Shown in pieces: positions 22,654 to 33,976 of a stretch of 64,000 nt of DNA. The position numbers were made by a program, and so were the translations under genes. Position 1 is the stretch's first letter, and every line of letters starts with the position of its first letter. Where the stretch lies: positions 1 through 64,000 of the forward strand of contig VJWM01000103.1 in NCBI GenBank assembly GCA_010909165.1, given 5' to 3'. The stretch comes from Anthoceros angustus. Its lineage: Eukaryota > Plantae > Anthocerotophyta. The notes under the pieces are model-generated. The model was not told where the DNA came from, ran no database searches, and saw nothing but the letters and a program-made list of their open reading frames with translations.

Positions 22654-25359
22654 TCAAGCGGGAAGGGCTGGAGAGGTAATACCTGAGGACGATCTAGAGC
22701 TCATATTAGACCTCGCATCCTCAAATTCTTCAGCCTCAACCATCTCAGAGTCGGCAGGGAGAAGGCAGCTGGGCGTGTACGCTTCTACAAGACTTGATAT
22801 AGATGGCACCTCCTCAAGATCATTAGTAGCCTCCAGCAATGACACTGCTGTGACGGATGTGTAGTAGAACTTGCGACAAATAATGAAAAATGCTATAGTG
22901 GCAATAGGCAGGGGGATGAGGAAAACTGCGTAGGCGAATTTCTTGATTCCAAAATACCCTAGATTGGTGAGCTGCGAGACAAACAAGGCTGCCAAAATCC
23001 GAGCTTGAATATGGGGCCACATGCGCCCACCACTTTCCCAGTCGGGTACGTATACTTTCAGAACCTGTGATGCAATCGACGACCATGATCATGTTTCCAG
23101 ACACACTCAAAGCACTGCTTGAAAAAGCCAAATGAAACGAAAGACACGAATCTGACCTGATTCCGAAGAACCAACCAGCCAAATCCGAAATACAATATGG
23201 AGAAAGGCAAAATCAAAGGGGCAATGACTGCATAACACAAGGTAATGGTGACAATAAGCATGTCATTAGGTACAGTCTGGGCGTAGTCCAAAGCCCCTGG
23301 GGCCCATGCATCCTCAATCTCCTTTTCAGACTTCGCAAGGTATCTGCGCTTCAAGTGGTACATGACAAGTGGGACAAGGCGTGACAATTCCAGTCCGTAA
23401 CCAACGAAGAATCTGTCATGGAACACAGACAGTTTTTCAGTGTACATGCTGATAGTCTAACCACCTAAAACGTTCTCAACAATACCAGACGGACGGTTTG
23501 AAGTACTTACTTGAGGGCCACGAAGGTTATGAAGAATGTTGCACTCGGCGGCAAAGAGGTAGCCAGCAAACTGACAGCAGAACCTGGATTTTTCACTATG
23601 GCCTTCCCAGAGGCCCACAAACTACCTCCAATGGTGACTCCCAGGAATACATTGAAGACTATGAAGTAGAAGTACTTCCCTGCTGCAGCTCGTGCCATGT
23701 GACTTTCAGAAACGATACCCTCTTGCTTAGAGAGAAACAAGAGCAACTTGGGCAGGAGAGCCAGAAATACGATGAGGGCCAGCTGGGGGAGATATGCCTC
23801 GAGCACAGATTTGAGAACCCCAATTCCCACAACCGGCTTGATAAAAGGAGCTGTCTTTTCAAGGTTCTGCAAAGTTGTCAGAGCAGAGATCAAACTGATT
23901 GGCACCATATAGAAGACCACTGTGAGGAACACAATGACGTAGACCACAAGCTCCCGAACAGCTCGAACAGGAAACCGAATCGACAGGTTGCTCCACACAA
24001 CTTCCCGAGGTTCTGGGGCCGGCTGAGTTTGCCAGGTGTTAGCTCGTGGGGCATGGACCGACTGTCCTGCAGCAGCAGCGTCCCTTCTGGAGTTGAAGAA
24101 ACAAAATGCAGCGCCTTGCTCCTGAGCTCTGGCCTTGGTCTGCTCCTCTTCCAGCTTCGCAGTCAATTTCTTGACTTCCTCATTGTAGGTGTCTATGGAA
24201 TCAACCTTGTTTCCCCACAGACCGAACTTGCCCGTCTTGTGTTGGGGACGCACTCCTTCCACGTCATTCTTGGTCTTGCTGAGAGACCACACAGCCTCCG
24301 CACGAGCAAGCTTGGCTTTCACCTGCTCCAGTTGCCCGTACACCTTCAAGGCCTGCCGTAACAAAGGTAGCAGACAAGTGAAGGTGAGACGAATGCCTAC
24401 AGCCAGTCCAGCAGCATGTCATTCCGGGTACCAGCGTTACATACCTTGTCCACTTTGGTGACCACAAGGCATTTCTCGTATGTTTCAGGGTGCAACTTCT
24501 TCATGAACGAATTAACTTTGTCCTCCATAGTTCCGTTCTTGGCAGCAGGGATGTCACGAACTAATACCGCGAACTGCTGCGGTTTCGGCTTGGCAGACCC
24601 TCTGTATGCGCCACGAAGAGCCAGGACATGCTGATACGTTTTGAGAAGCACATAGTAAGTGGCGATGGCGATGAAGTAGGCCACGATGAGGAACGCCCAC
24701 AGCCGATCGCTCTTTTCCTACAACACACGAGAAAAGAAGACAACAAGGCGCAGGTCAAGGCCAGACACAAGCACACACTTGCTGCCAAAAGGAGGCAAGA
24801 AACAAAACCCCACAACCACCAACCAAGATATTGCCCATGGCTGCATTGTCGATGTTCCCAAACTGCACGACGGGTGTCTTGTCCGCGATGGCCTTCTTCA
24901 CCGCTGCCTCGTTCCCCTTGTCCGTGGCAGCCAGGGGGACAAGCAGGAGGAGGCAGGGAACCGCGGCATAGACCAGGATCTGCAAAACTGCAACAGCACC
25001 GAAGAGGACACGACTCCAATCACTCCAGGCCCAACCAACTTCAATCCATCACGAGCCACCCCCCCCTAACAGAAGCGACCCAACATACCAGCCTTCTGAA
25101 ACAGGACGTAGATGGCAGCATCCAGCCCGCCCACATTCACCAAATCCTCCTCCGTCGCCGTCCATGCCTCCTTCGCCCACGAAAAGGGCGTTCTCCGCTT
25201 GGCGTTGTCCGGCGGACCCAGCCCTTGTATGATCCGCGCAGGATAGTAAATGACATAGTTCCCAGGGCGGCGGGACAGCAGCGCGAAAATGGTCACCAGC
25301 ACCGCAAAGATGACGAAGGAGGTGGAGAGCGAGGTGATGAGCGACGAGAGCGACACCAT
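22654..25359 (-). CDS. ERD4: CSC1/OSCA-family calcium-permeable mechanosensitive channel (ERD4/OSCA3-like); 6 exons, about 25359-25089, 24987-24824, 24717-24445, 24356-23511, 23407-23157, 23065-22654
   Basis: Typical motifs: SFVIFAVL...YYPARI; GLDAAIY; QFAVLVRDIP; APEPREVVWSNL; SATFFITFVALKFFVGYGLELSRLVPL; VLRNQVLKVYVP. GT-AG junctions restore the frame. Confidence 0.93.
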
Positions 25360-25881
25360 CTTTCCTCCCCGGAATCACAAAGAGCCCACAGCCCCCCGGC
25401 TCACACTCCCGAGCGCCCGCCACCCACCACAACGCGCGCTCACATCACCAGCACCTGCAAGGTCTCCAAGAAAGCCATGGCCTGGGAGGCTGCGACACGG
25501 GAGCTGCGGCTGCAGCTGAAGCGAGTATCGAAGAACGGAAAGAATGCCTGGCAGTGCCAGGAGGCGGGGCGGGGCGGCGTTGGGCGTTCTTGGGAGCGAG
25601 CCAGGGACGACGGAGGCTGCCTGGGCTGGCGAACGTGGGGGCAGTCAGCCGGTTCAGCGAACATATACATACGCAGGACAGCAGGCCAGAGTGGCGCGTG
25701 CTGCTGCTACAGCAGAGCGGCAGGCCAGACGACGGCGAACTGGCTTGGATTTCCGCGCACTAAATCCCCCGATTAGGCGATTGGGCTGCGGATTGCGGAC
25801 TGGGAAATGCGAATCGCGAATCAAACACGTTACACGCCCAAGGCTGGGTGGGTTCACAAGCAGGCACAGGGTGCGAAAAAC

Positions 25882-25925
25882 AGCTCCAGTCCAGTCCAGA
25901 GCAGTCCAGTCCAGTTCAGTCCAGC
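25882..25925. repeat. Imperfect (CCAGT)n pentamer repeat upstream of the CSC1 gene
   Basis: Read directly from the sequence. Confidence 0.8.
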
Positions 25926-26853
25926 TCGGGCAGATCGCGAGCAGATATCTCTCGCTTTCGCCCAAGGCGGCAGGCCAGGAGCCAAGGATCCGTTGGCGAG
26001 GCACATCAGCTGGTGGGGGCCCACCGCTGCCGACACTCCTGTCCCGGTTGCAACCCTGCCCTACGCGCGTTTCCACCGAGGCACATGTGACGGGCAGTTG
26101 CAACTCGCGAGTCGCCACCCGGCTCCACTCCAGGTGAGGCAGCCTTTCTCGCTTTTCGGGACGTCGCCCACTACAAGCCAAGGTCGGCCGTACACTCATA
26201 CTGGAAAAGACAACACACAGCGAGGGACGATCGCACATTAGCCTTGAATACGATCCAGATCTCTCTGGGCTCGGGTTCGGGTTCGGCTTCCCCCTTCGGG
26301 TTCTTCAAATCAACCACCCCACAGCAGGGATATACATAATAGCCTTCTTTTCTATTTAAGGAGAGTAATGATAGGGAATAGGTAACATGGCATGTACATA
26401 CTGTACATGTATTATGTGCCAGGCTTAATAAGGTAAAGGTGGTTTTGTCTGCCGACGTGCGCCCGTCGCACAAGTGCTCGGCCCAACGGCAGGCGGCAGG
26501 CTGGCAAACGACCGTTGCGGGCCGTGGGCCGTGGGCCGTGCGCCGTGCCACTACATATGTACATAAAAGCCCTCTCTACTATTATCGCTTTATGGAAGAT
26601 AACTCTGCGCGGGGCCCACGCCGCCGGGGCGGGCGGTTAATGCTTGCGGCCGTCGGTGGGTCGGGTGATAATGGGGCTTGGTGGTGGGGCCCCCCTCAGT
26701 GCCGTGGACGTGACCTGGAGTCGGCATCCTCGCTGGCCATTATCTCTCATGTCCCAACTTGCCATTCCTCCGGTATTATGTCTGTCTAGTACTAGTACTT
26801 AGGTGTTTTTACCTACGCTTTGGTCTACCTTCCTAGGGTATGCGGGCCCCCGG

Positions 26854-26905
26854 CTGCCGAATGCCGAATGCCGAATGCCGAATGCCGAATGCCGACTGCC
26901 GAATC
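26854..26905. repeat. (GCCGAAT)n heptamer repeat, about 7 units
   Basis: Read directly from the sequence. Confidence 0.95.
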
Positions 26906-27021
26906 CGCGTCGGTAGTGGTACCGACTGTGCCGACACAAATCCCGCAAACCGCGCTTCTCGAAGGGCTCGTGGGATCTCGGATGTTGTATCACGGCTGCC
27001 TGCCCTGCAGCCTTGGATCGC

Positions 27022-27068
27022 AAGACGGAAGACGGAAGACGGAAGACGGAAGAAGGAAGAAGGAGAAG
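27022..27068. repeat. (AGACGGA)n heptamer repeat grading into (AGAAGGA)n
   Basis: Read directly from the sequence. Confidence 0.9.
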
Positions 27069-27129
27069 AACAGATTTTACTAGGACTTTCTAATATTCGG
27101 TATGCATTACATAATTTGTAAATTGCGAT

Positions 27130-28150
27130 GCGAGCGATTGGGAGTTGCTGTAAGACACAGTTGGTGAACGATGACCTGGAGCTGATGATGTTGGAGGTGG
27201 GAGATATGTATGCCATGTGTGGCAGCCTCCAGGATGGCCGGACTTGGTCGTTCCAGATGTGGACTGCCATGATTCCAGAAACCGTGCACGAAGGGTGTGT
27301 TGTGGCACCCGATTTTGTGACATTATTTTTGTCACCCTGCTGCACGCATGTTCAGGTGTGTGGAGACCCTTGTAGTGGACGAAGTGTGGGCGAAAAGCGC
27401 GGGCGCAAAAAGCGGGCTCCAGGATGCTCAGGAGAATCTGGAGTTAGCATGTATGTGGAATGGTGTGGCAGTGTAAAGTGAAGGATGCTCGGAGCATGGG
27501 CGGGTTCACTGAGTCCTTCCATCGAGAGAATGTGGTAACGTGGAGTACCATGGCAGGGCAAGCTTTGCATCTGGGAGGACAGCTTCATGGACGGATTAAA
27601 GGAATGCTTCACCCCATGTGCCAACCTATGTGTGTAGACTGCAGTTTGATAAGCATGTTTGAAGAATGCGGCAGTGTGGCACGGGTGATGTACAGCAGGT
27701 GTTGGAAGCCTTGCCCGAAGAACAATGCACTGTTTGCAGGACAATCTCATTGGAGTGGTCTTGAGAGGACGGCATACATGTAGCCAGATGGCATCTCGGT
27801 GCTTACTTGGTCTTGGTTCTGACAGGATGCAGTCTAGCGGCTCTAGTGTACTATAAGGTTTTAACCATACACCATGCAAGGCATGACAGCTCGTGGCACC
27901 CGGGAGCACTACTCGTGCATGGTGGATCTCCTTCGTCGTGCAGGCCGTCTTGAGGAGGCACTAGTGGTGGTGAGGACAATGCCTGTACAGCCCCATGATG
28001 CAGCTTGACACACTCTCGTGGCTCCATGGCAGGACGGGAGCTACGTGTAGGTGGGACGCCATGCTTTTCATGAGGCTAGCGAAAGGGATGCCCCAGTGTA
28101 TGTGTTGTAGCCCAGATGTGGAAGGAGGCAGCATGCGAGAAAATGCAGCT
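27130..28150 (+). pseudogene. Degenerate PLS-class pentatricopeptide-repeat (RNA-editing-type) gene remnant
   Basis: Motif pieces across frames: MYAMCGSLQDG..WTAMI; SMYVEWCGSVKDA; ENVVTWSTM; SLISMFEECGSV; [21 protein letters not shown]...MPVQP, followed by an in-frame TGA. Confidence 0.8.
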
Positions 28151-28199
28151 TTGTCACACTCTTGCGGGTGAGCTGCAGCCCTCGACTGTAACCACTTTA

Positions 28200-28640
28200 C
28201 AGTCCGCAGCAACCTCTGCTTTGATTTTCTAAACCGGGCCCGCAGACTCTTACTCCTGCCCCCACAGCGTGCCCCAGATCAGGTTGCAGATGCAGGTGAA
28301 TTTGAAGAAGTACTGCGGGAACTACTTGGTGTTGGTGTTGGTGCTGGTTATCTTCATCTTCTTCCTGTCCAAGATGCCCATGGCTGATCGCCATCTTCGG
28401 CGTCTTGAACGGCATCAGGGTGCTTGCAGCGAGCGTCCCTGGGGCAAGAGGCGAAGAGTGAGCAGGCGATGGCTCTATTGTTGCTTGGTCTGGCAACCAC
28501 TGGCGCGTTGTTGGTGTATACCGGGATTGCGATGGTCATGTTTTGGACTGGCCTGGGCAGTTTCGTCTTCGTCGTCGTCCATTCTTCCACACGCAGGCCT
28601 ACTCCCAACCGCCTAAACAGGCGTACCTCCAACCTGCTTA
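28200..28640 (+). pseudogene. PRA1 (prenylated Rab acceptor) family fragment, frameshifted
   Basis: RLQMQVNLKKYCGNYLVLVLVLVIFIFFL resembles the PRA1 R..NL.Y...NY block. A later frame gives LLLGLATTGALLVYTG...FVVVHSSTRRP, resembling the C-terminal helices and H..R motif. Confidence 0.5.
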
Positions 28641-29410
28641 TAAGCAGGCTTACATCCATAGGTCATTAATACCAAGTGCAGATGCAGTTCCAACCTATGG
28701 AATACCATTTGCAAAGGCAGTTCAAATATATGGAATACCACTTGCAAAGGCAGCAATGTATGGAATATCATTTGCGAATGCTGTTGTGATTGTTGTGAAG
28801 ATGTTTGTGGATCTTTTTTTAAAGATTTATTTTATAATTTTGATAAATATATTAAATCATGTGCCAAAGCCTATCATGCCTACGATGCGGGGCTCTCTCT
28901 TTCTTTATGAGGCCCGCAATCAGTGGAATTTCTTTTTACCTAGTAATAATGTGGAGCAAAGTTGGGATCACCAGGAGTTGAATTTGAGTTGCAACCTCTT
29001 CAAGTTGCCATCCTCTGCAAGCTGCTGCCTTGACAATTTGCTTGTGCGTTCTTTGGGCACTCTTTGCCAGCCTGTTACTTTCCTACAGTGGCTCTTCAGA
29101 CTGGAGACGTTGGTGGAAACTAATTTCTCTTTGTTGACACGAAATTCAAGGAAGTTGGAGGACGAACATAAATGGTGTCTCTTCGGTGTCTCATACGTCG
29201 TCCTCGTAGTACTTTACTCCAAATAGGCAGATCATAAGAACTCTTCAGGATACATAGGTTGCGAAAGAGGATTTAAATCCATGATGGGGAAGGATCATTC
29301 AGAAACTGAAGCTTCTGAAACATTTCTGCTTGGCCATGGAGAGAATGTGAGGTGCCGCATCAGGTGCTTACATGTGAACAAAAATGCTGGGAAAGGACCT
29401 CAGTCCACGA

Positions 29411-29948
29411 AGTTTCGTATCGTTTTGAGGACTTTTCGCAAAACTTAGAGCTCCAAGCATAGAGATCCAGATGCGATTGGATTCGGTTGAGCTTGCGGAT
29501 CGAGTGCGAATTTGTGCAAGTCGCACTACGCAGGAGATCCGATCTCGATGGGTTGGCTTGAGGGGTGGCGGAGCACTCTGGACAGTAGGCAGGTAAGCTA
29601 AAGGAGAGCTCAAGTTTCGTATCGTTTTGAGGACATTTCGCAAAACTTTGAGCTCCAAGCGTAGAGATCCATATGCGATTGGATTCGGTTGAGCTTGCGG
29701 ATCGTGCGTCAATTTGTGCATGTCGCACAACGCAGGAGATCCAATCTTGATGGGTTGGCTTGAGGGGTGGCGGAGCACTCTGGACAGTAGGCAGCCAAGC
29801 TAAAGAAGAGGCTCAAGTTTCGTATCGTTTGAGGACTGTGAATTTGTGCAAGTCGCCCTACGCAGGAGATCCAATCTCGATGGGTTGGCTTGAAGGGGGG
29901 CGGAGCACTCTGGACAGTAGGCAGCCAAGCTAAATGAGAGGCTCAAGT
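29411..29948 (-). repeat. About 202-bp tandem repeat (2 full copies plus 1 internally deleted), possibly degenerate LRR-coding DNA
   Basis: AAGTTTCGTATCGTTT(T)GAGGAC recurs at about 29411, 29612 and 29815. The third unit lacks about 70 bp, near the 72 bp of one 24-aa LRR. Minus-strand frames are Leu-rich (LELKVLRNVLKTIRNL, LDLYAWSS). The repeat is certain; the LRR origin is tentative. Confidence 0.6.
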
Positions 29949-29970
29949 GATGGATGAAGACCTGTAAACG

Positions 29971-31059
29971 ATGGCGATTGTCGGGGATGGGAAGTCTATC
30001 TCATGCATCCCTGATCTCCTTTCCCGTGTCCTGGCGGCAGAGGCAGATCAAGTCATGCCGGGGCCTGCTCTTTCCCTTCTTCTTGCCGTTCATACCGTCA
30101 TGCTGGACACAGGATTTCTGAGGGTGGACAATTTGAGCAATCACAGTTCCTCCATAGGACTTCTGAGTGGGTGGACTCTGGATGGCGGAATGGTGAACCT
30201 GCAGTATACGCTGGCTGAACTTGTTCAGTCTCGTGCCTCTACATCCTCGGCCGCAAGGTCGGTGGGTTCCATTCTTCTCCGTTGTCACGTACTGGGGATT
30301 GCCTTCATTGCCTACGGAACTATTGCATGTGGTGGAGGATCGCAGGTTCACAGGATTTGTCTACCGATTTCTAAATTTGTGCATCCAGCAGACCAGCAAG
30401 ACGGTGAATGCGCGCCTGTATGGCGGAAACGACAGAAACACGAATGGGGGGTTGCCAGCATCTTCACTAATGTGCGCGAGTTGTGGAAGGAAGTGAAGAA
30501 TGTGCTGTCCCTTCCCCTTCTGACAGACTTGTGCTGTCAGGCTGGCCTCCCACCGCCACTGTCACTGCTCTTGCTTCCAATAGGTCTGAAATCCAAAGTT
30601 CTCGAATGGCTTCCTGCTCAAAGCTTAGCGGCAGTGGCATGTGCCTGTTCTGAGTTCAACTTTTTGTCAGCGGCGGATGACTTGTGGAAAAATCAGTTTG
30701 AGTTGGAGTTTGGCAGGGTAGATGTAGCAAAGCCTGCTCCTGGTGGGCGGGGATGGAAAGCAGCTTTCACCAGAGAATGGCTGCGGAAGGAGAAGATAGA
30801 GCAGGCCAAGAGAGATGCAGAAAGACGGTTTAGTGTAGAAGCCTTTTCAGATTTACAACAGCCAGTGGTCCCATTTTCTGAAAGAGATTACGGTGGGTTT
30901 TCAGCCATTCCACTACCCACAGGTACTGGTAGCGGCATCGGGAGGTTTCACCTGAGCAGATATGGGAGACATTCTCAGGCCTTGCTTCTCAGGAATCTAG
31001 AATTCTCAGGCATTCTTGAGCCTCCCGCATTTGGGAGGGTGACATGGTGGCAATTTTGA
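29971..31059 (+). CDS. F-box protein with an N-terminal PI31/FP-type domain (SKIP22/FBXO7-like), intronless, 362 aa
   Basis: LLLAVHTVMLDTGFL (FP domain); F-box PPLSLLLLPIGLKSKVLEWLPAQSLAAVACACSEF...DDLWK; downstream GWKAAF motif. Confidence 0.85.
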   Translation: MAIVGDGKSISCIPDLLSRVLAAEADQVMPGPALSLLLAVHTVMLDTGFLRVDNLSNHSSSIGLLSGWTLDGGMVNLQYTLAELVQSRASTSSAARSVGSILLRCHVLGIAFIAYGTIACGGGSQVHRICLPISKFVHPADQQDGECAPVWRKRQKHEWGVASIFTNVRELWKEVKNVLSLPLLTDLCCQAGLPPPLSLLLLPIGLKSKVLEWLPAQSLAAVACACSEFNFLSAADDLWKNQFELEFGRVDVAKPAPGGRGWKAAFTREWLRKEKIEQAKRDAERRFSVEAFSDLQQPVVPFSERDYGGFSAIPLPTGTGSGIGRFHLSRYGRHSQALLLRNLEFSGILEPPAFGRVTWWQF

Positions 31060-32455
31060 GCAAGTAGTCGTGTTTAGGTTGTGCCTCGAGTAACTGGGAA
31101 GGAAATAGCTCCTAGCTCACTTTGACGTGGCGGTTTCCCTTCTCTATGCGAGATGCATGGTATCCGTTTGCCCAGAAGACCTACAGGCAACGAGTTGGCA
31201 ACTACATAGTTAGGTGCAGTCGGAACTGTGATCACCGACCGCAGTGATCAATGGAGGTGTACTGACACTAGAACTTAGAAGCTGCAGTTATCACAATCCA
31301 TACTGGAGGTGAACTGAAAAACCGACCAGACTGATCAATGTCTTAACAATAGGACTTGAATAGCAGCTGCAGTGCGTTTCGGCACCAATGTCGAAGTGTA
31401 AACTATCACCAGTTTGATGGAATTAAAGATAGCACACTTCCATGGACCGGACGTGTGAGCGTCTACATTTGCAAGTGCTTTCTTGGTGGATACCCGTCAG
31501 GTAGAACACATCTCTGTGGACACTGGAGTGGTTGATGACAGCCCTAAACGGAGGGCTTCTTGGCATGGCAGGCCGATGGACTGGAAACGCTGTTTTGTGA
31601 GCTGAGAACGCTATTCCGTTTCACAGGTTGCCGTCCTCTTCTGACATGTGAAGGTCACGTCACTTATCAATTCAAGCGGTGATCAGGACTCAGCAAATGG
31701 TTGCTAATAGTATCATCTGGCATGTGAACAAGGGAGTTGTCACCTTGGGTGTTGCTGGTTAAAATCTGCAGCTTGCTACAGTGTCGTTTGTAGTCGACAT
31801 GATTATTGGCTGCTTTGCTTTTAGATCAGCTTTACCGCTGAGCTTGTATGAAATAGTGTGTCGCCATATTGGTACTGGCTCACCTTGCAAGCGGTGGTAG
31901 CACAGAGCTCTTCGGCGGGGAATAGGATTCAGAGTCGAGAAGCTGGACACGGCTGGCACGTGACTCTTGTACGTTTCTGAACCTTCCGCAATTTGTGACG
32001 TTTTGGGGTAAACAGCGAGGACATGGATGTCATGCACTGACTGTTCGTTTGAGTACGTGTTCGAATGGCATGCACGGATTCACAATCCGACACTTGGCAT
32101 GACACCTGTACATCCTGTGCTTCTGGGTCGGGTCGTTTTGCTCCAGACTTGACCTCGAGAATTGGCTCAATTCGGACATCGCGCTCTCGTGAATCGGTTT
32201 GCCACCCTGTAAAGCGGAAATCGTATCAATCTTCTGAGGTCTGAAAGCATGGCAGTCCGTCACAGATTGGGGTGCGCTTTACAAGCACTCTGCAGAGGAG
32301 CTCATGCCTCACAGCCTGAAGCCATAGGGATCTCTACAAAGCTCTCTCGGATTGCAAACAAGGTTGACGAGCGTGGACTCCCTACTCCTGGTTTAATTTC
32401 GATCAGCTGTTGGCCGTGATTGTGCTGCCCTTAAAGAAACCTAGCTTACCATGCT

Positions 32456-33394
32456 TTGCTGATGGTGGACTTGCAGGGTGTGGGAAACAATGAAGTTGCA
32501 AAGTGGGGCTCCGCTGAAGGATTTTCCCTGATAGGAAGGCAGAAATACCATTCCAGCTTCCCGTTTCTGGATGCCAACGAAACTGCAGCTGAATCATCCA
32601 CAGGAAAGTGGGATGTGGGGCATCCTCCAGTAAATCCTGCCACTACCGAAAGAGGGGAAACTAGTACTCCAGGTGGGCAGGGAGCAGGTGACAAGAGCGA
32701 TCAAGCAGGACGGAGTCCACACACTCTGAAGAAGGGCCATACCCCGGAACCTCAGACAGAGGTGGCGGACACTCCCAGCTTAGGGAAAGCCAGAAGCACG
32801 CGGGAAATGCTGGATGAAGAGCAGAGACAGAGGGAAGAAAGTGTGCAAAATCGTGAGGCACAAGAAGGTGGAAGCTCCCAACCTTCTCAGACACCAGATG
32901 GTCTCACTCCGGAAGCAGCAATCAAGTCCAACATGATAGCTGCGGAAGAGGGCAAACAGCTATGGTGCATGGGAGTCAAGGTGACTGTCAAGTGCCCTGG
33001 GGAGAGCACGAATGGGGCTTACTGCATGCTAGAGTACAGTGTTACACCAGGAGACGGATCTTCGACTCACACCCATGAGCGGGAGGATGAGACTTGGTAC
33101 ATGCTGGATGGGAACCTGAAGTGGAAACTAAGAGAGAAAACCTACGATGCAAAGCCAGGCTCTTTCATCCACTTACCTCGTGGTGTGCCCCACTCTTTTC
33201 ACAATGTTTCGGACAAGCCAGCTCGCATGTTGGTTTCTTGTATCCCAGCAGGTTTTGAGAAGTATTTCCTCGAAATTGGAACTCCTGTTGAGCCAGACGA
33301 TGCAACCAAAAGTCTAAGCGCAAGCCAGACAGACCTTATTGCTTCCACTAATGCAGGGACGAAGTACGGCATCTCCTTTGCTGAGGATGTCTGA
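32456..33394 (+). CDS. Intronless cupin-domain metalloprotein (bacterial Cupin_2/quercetinase-like) with a low-complexity N-terminal extension; true start uncertain
   Basis: Cupin motif 1 PGDGSSTHTHEREDETWYMLDG and motif 2 GSFIHLPRGVPHSFHN give an intact 3-His-1-Glu site. Followed by ARMLVSCIPAGFEKYFLEIG. Confidence 0.88.
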   Translation: MLMVDLQGVGNNEVAKWGSAEGFSLIGRQKYHSSFPFLDANETAAESSTGKWDVGHPPVNPATTERGETSTPGGQGAGDKSDQAGRSPHTLKKGHTPEPQTEVADTPSLGKARSTREMLDEEQRQREESVQNREAQEGGSSQPSQTPDGLTPEAAIKSNMIAAEEGKQLWCMGVKVTVKCPGESTNGAYCMLEYSVTPGDGSSTHTHEREDETWYMLDGNLKWKLREKTYDAKPGSFIHLPRGVPHSFHNVSDKPARMLVSCIPAGFEKYFLEIGTPVEPDDATKSLSASQTDLIASTNAGTKYGISFAEDV

Positions 33395-33976
33395 GAACTT
33401 GCACGTCCACAAGACCAGGTGCTTACACTCTTGCATGTGGGACATTTGTGGCAACTCATGTATACCCTAATAGTAGGTCCGAGCATGCTTTCAAGTACAT
33501 ATTTGAAGCTTTTTGACATGCAGCTCATTCCAAGCATGCATGCGAATTCTCTGGCATGCACTTCAAATTCGAGGATACCAGCTAGGTTTTAAGACTGTTG
33601 CCTTTCGGACTTCGTGAAAACCTGGAGTGCGCTCTCAAGGCAGGATCAATATTCTGTCCTGTCGTCTAGATATCTTGCAGAGTACGTAGATACCTGTCTC
33701 TTTACCTGTACCAGTTTTAGTCAAGACCAAGGTATCTTGCAGAGCACTACTACCTGTGTCGATACCTTCATCGGTGTTTCTCTTCTAGTCCAGATTATGT
33801 AGCTTGAACTCTGGACAACTGTAGATCATTCGAGTAGTGTTGTAGAAGCCTCCGCTGCCCGCTCAACAGGCGGGTAGAAATTGTGAAACTCTCTTTTGTT
33901 CTAACCCTCTTTGATCCTTCCCGCGGCCTATGGTCTCGGCACTCGTCTTGGCTCTCTGTAACACATCGGTGTGGCA

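Noticed and set aside
24628-25776. 382-aa plus-strand ORF and other long GC-rich ORFs (40744-41784, 41462-42466, 7070-8131, 23498-24361)
   Set aside because: They are antisense or alternate-frame shadows of real genes or TE domains in GC-rich DNA, with no recognisable motifs.
28543-29226. 227-aa ORF spanning short repeats
   Set aside because: It is stitched from the PRA1 tail, 33-bp repeats and AT-rich sequence, with no coherent domain.
31100-32400. Coding-like stretch between the F-box and cupin genes
   Set aside because: All frames are interrupted and no family could be recognised.
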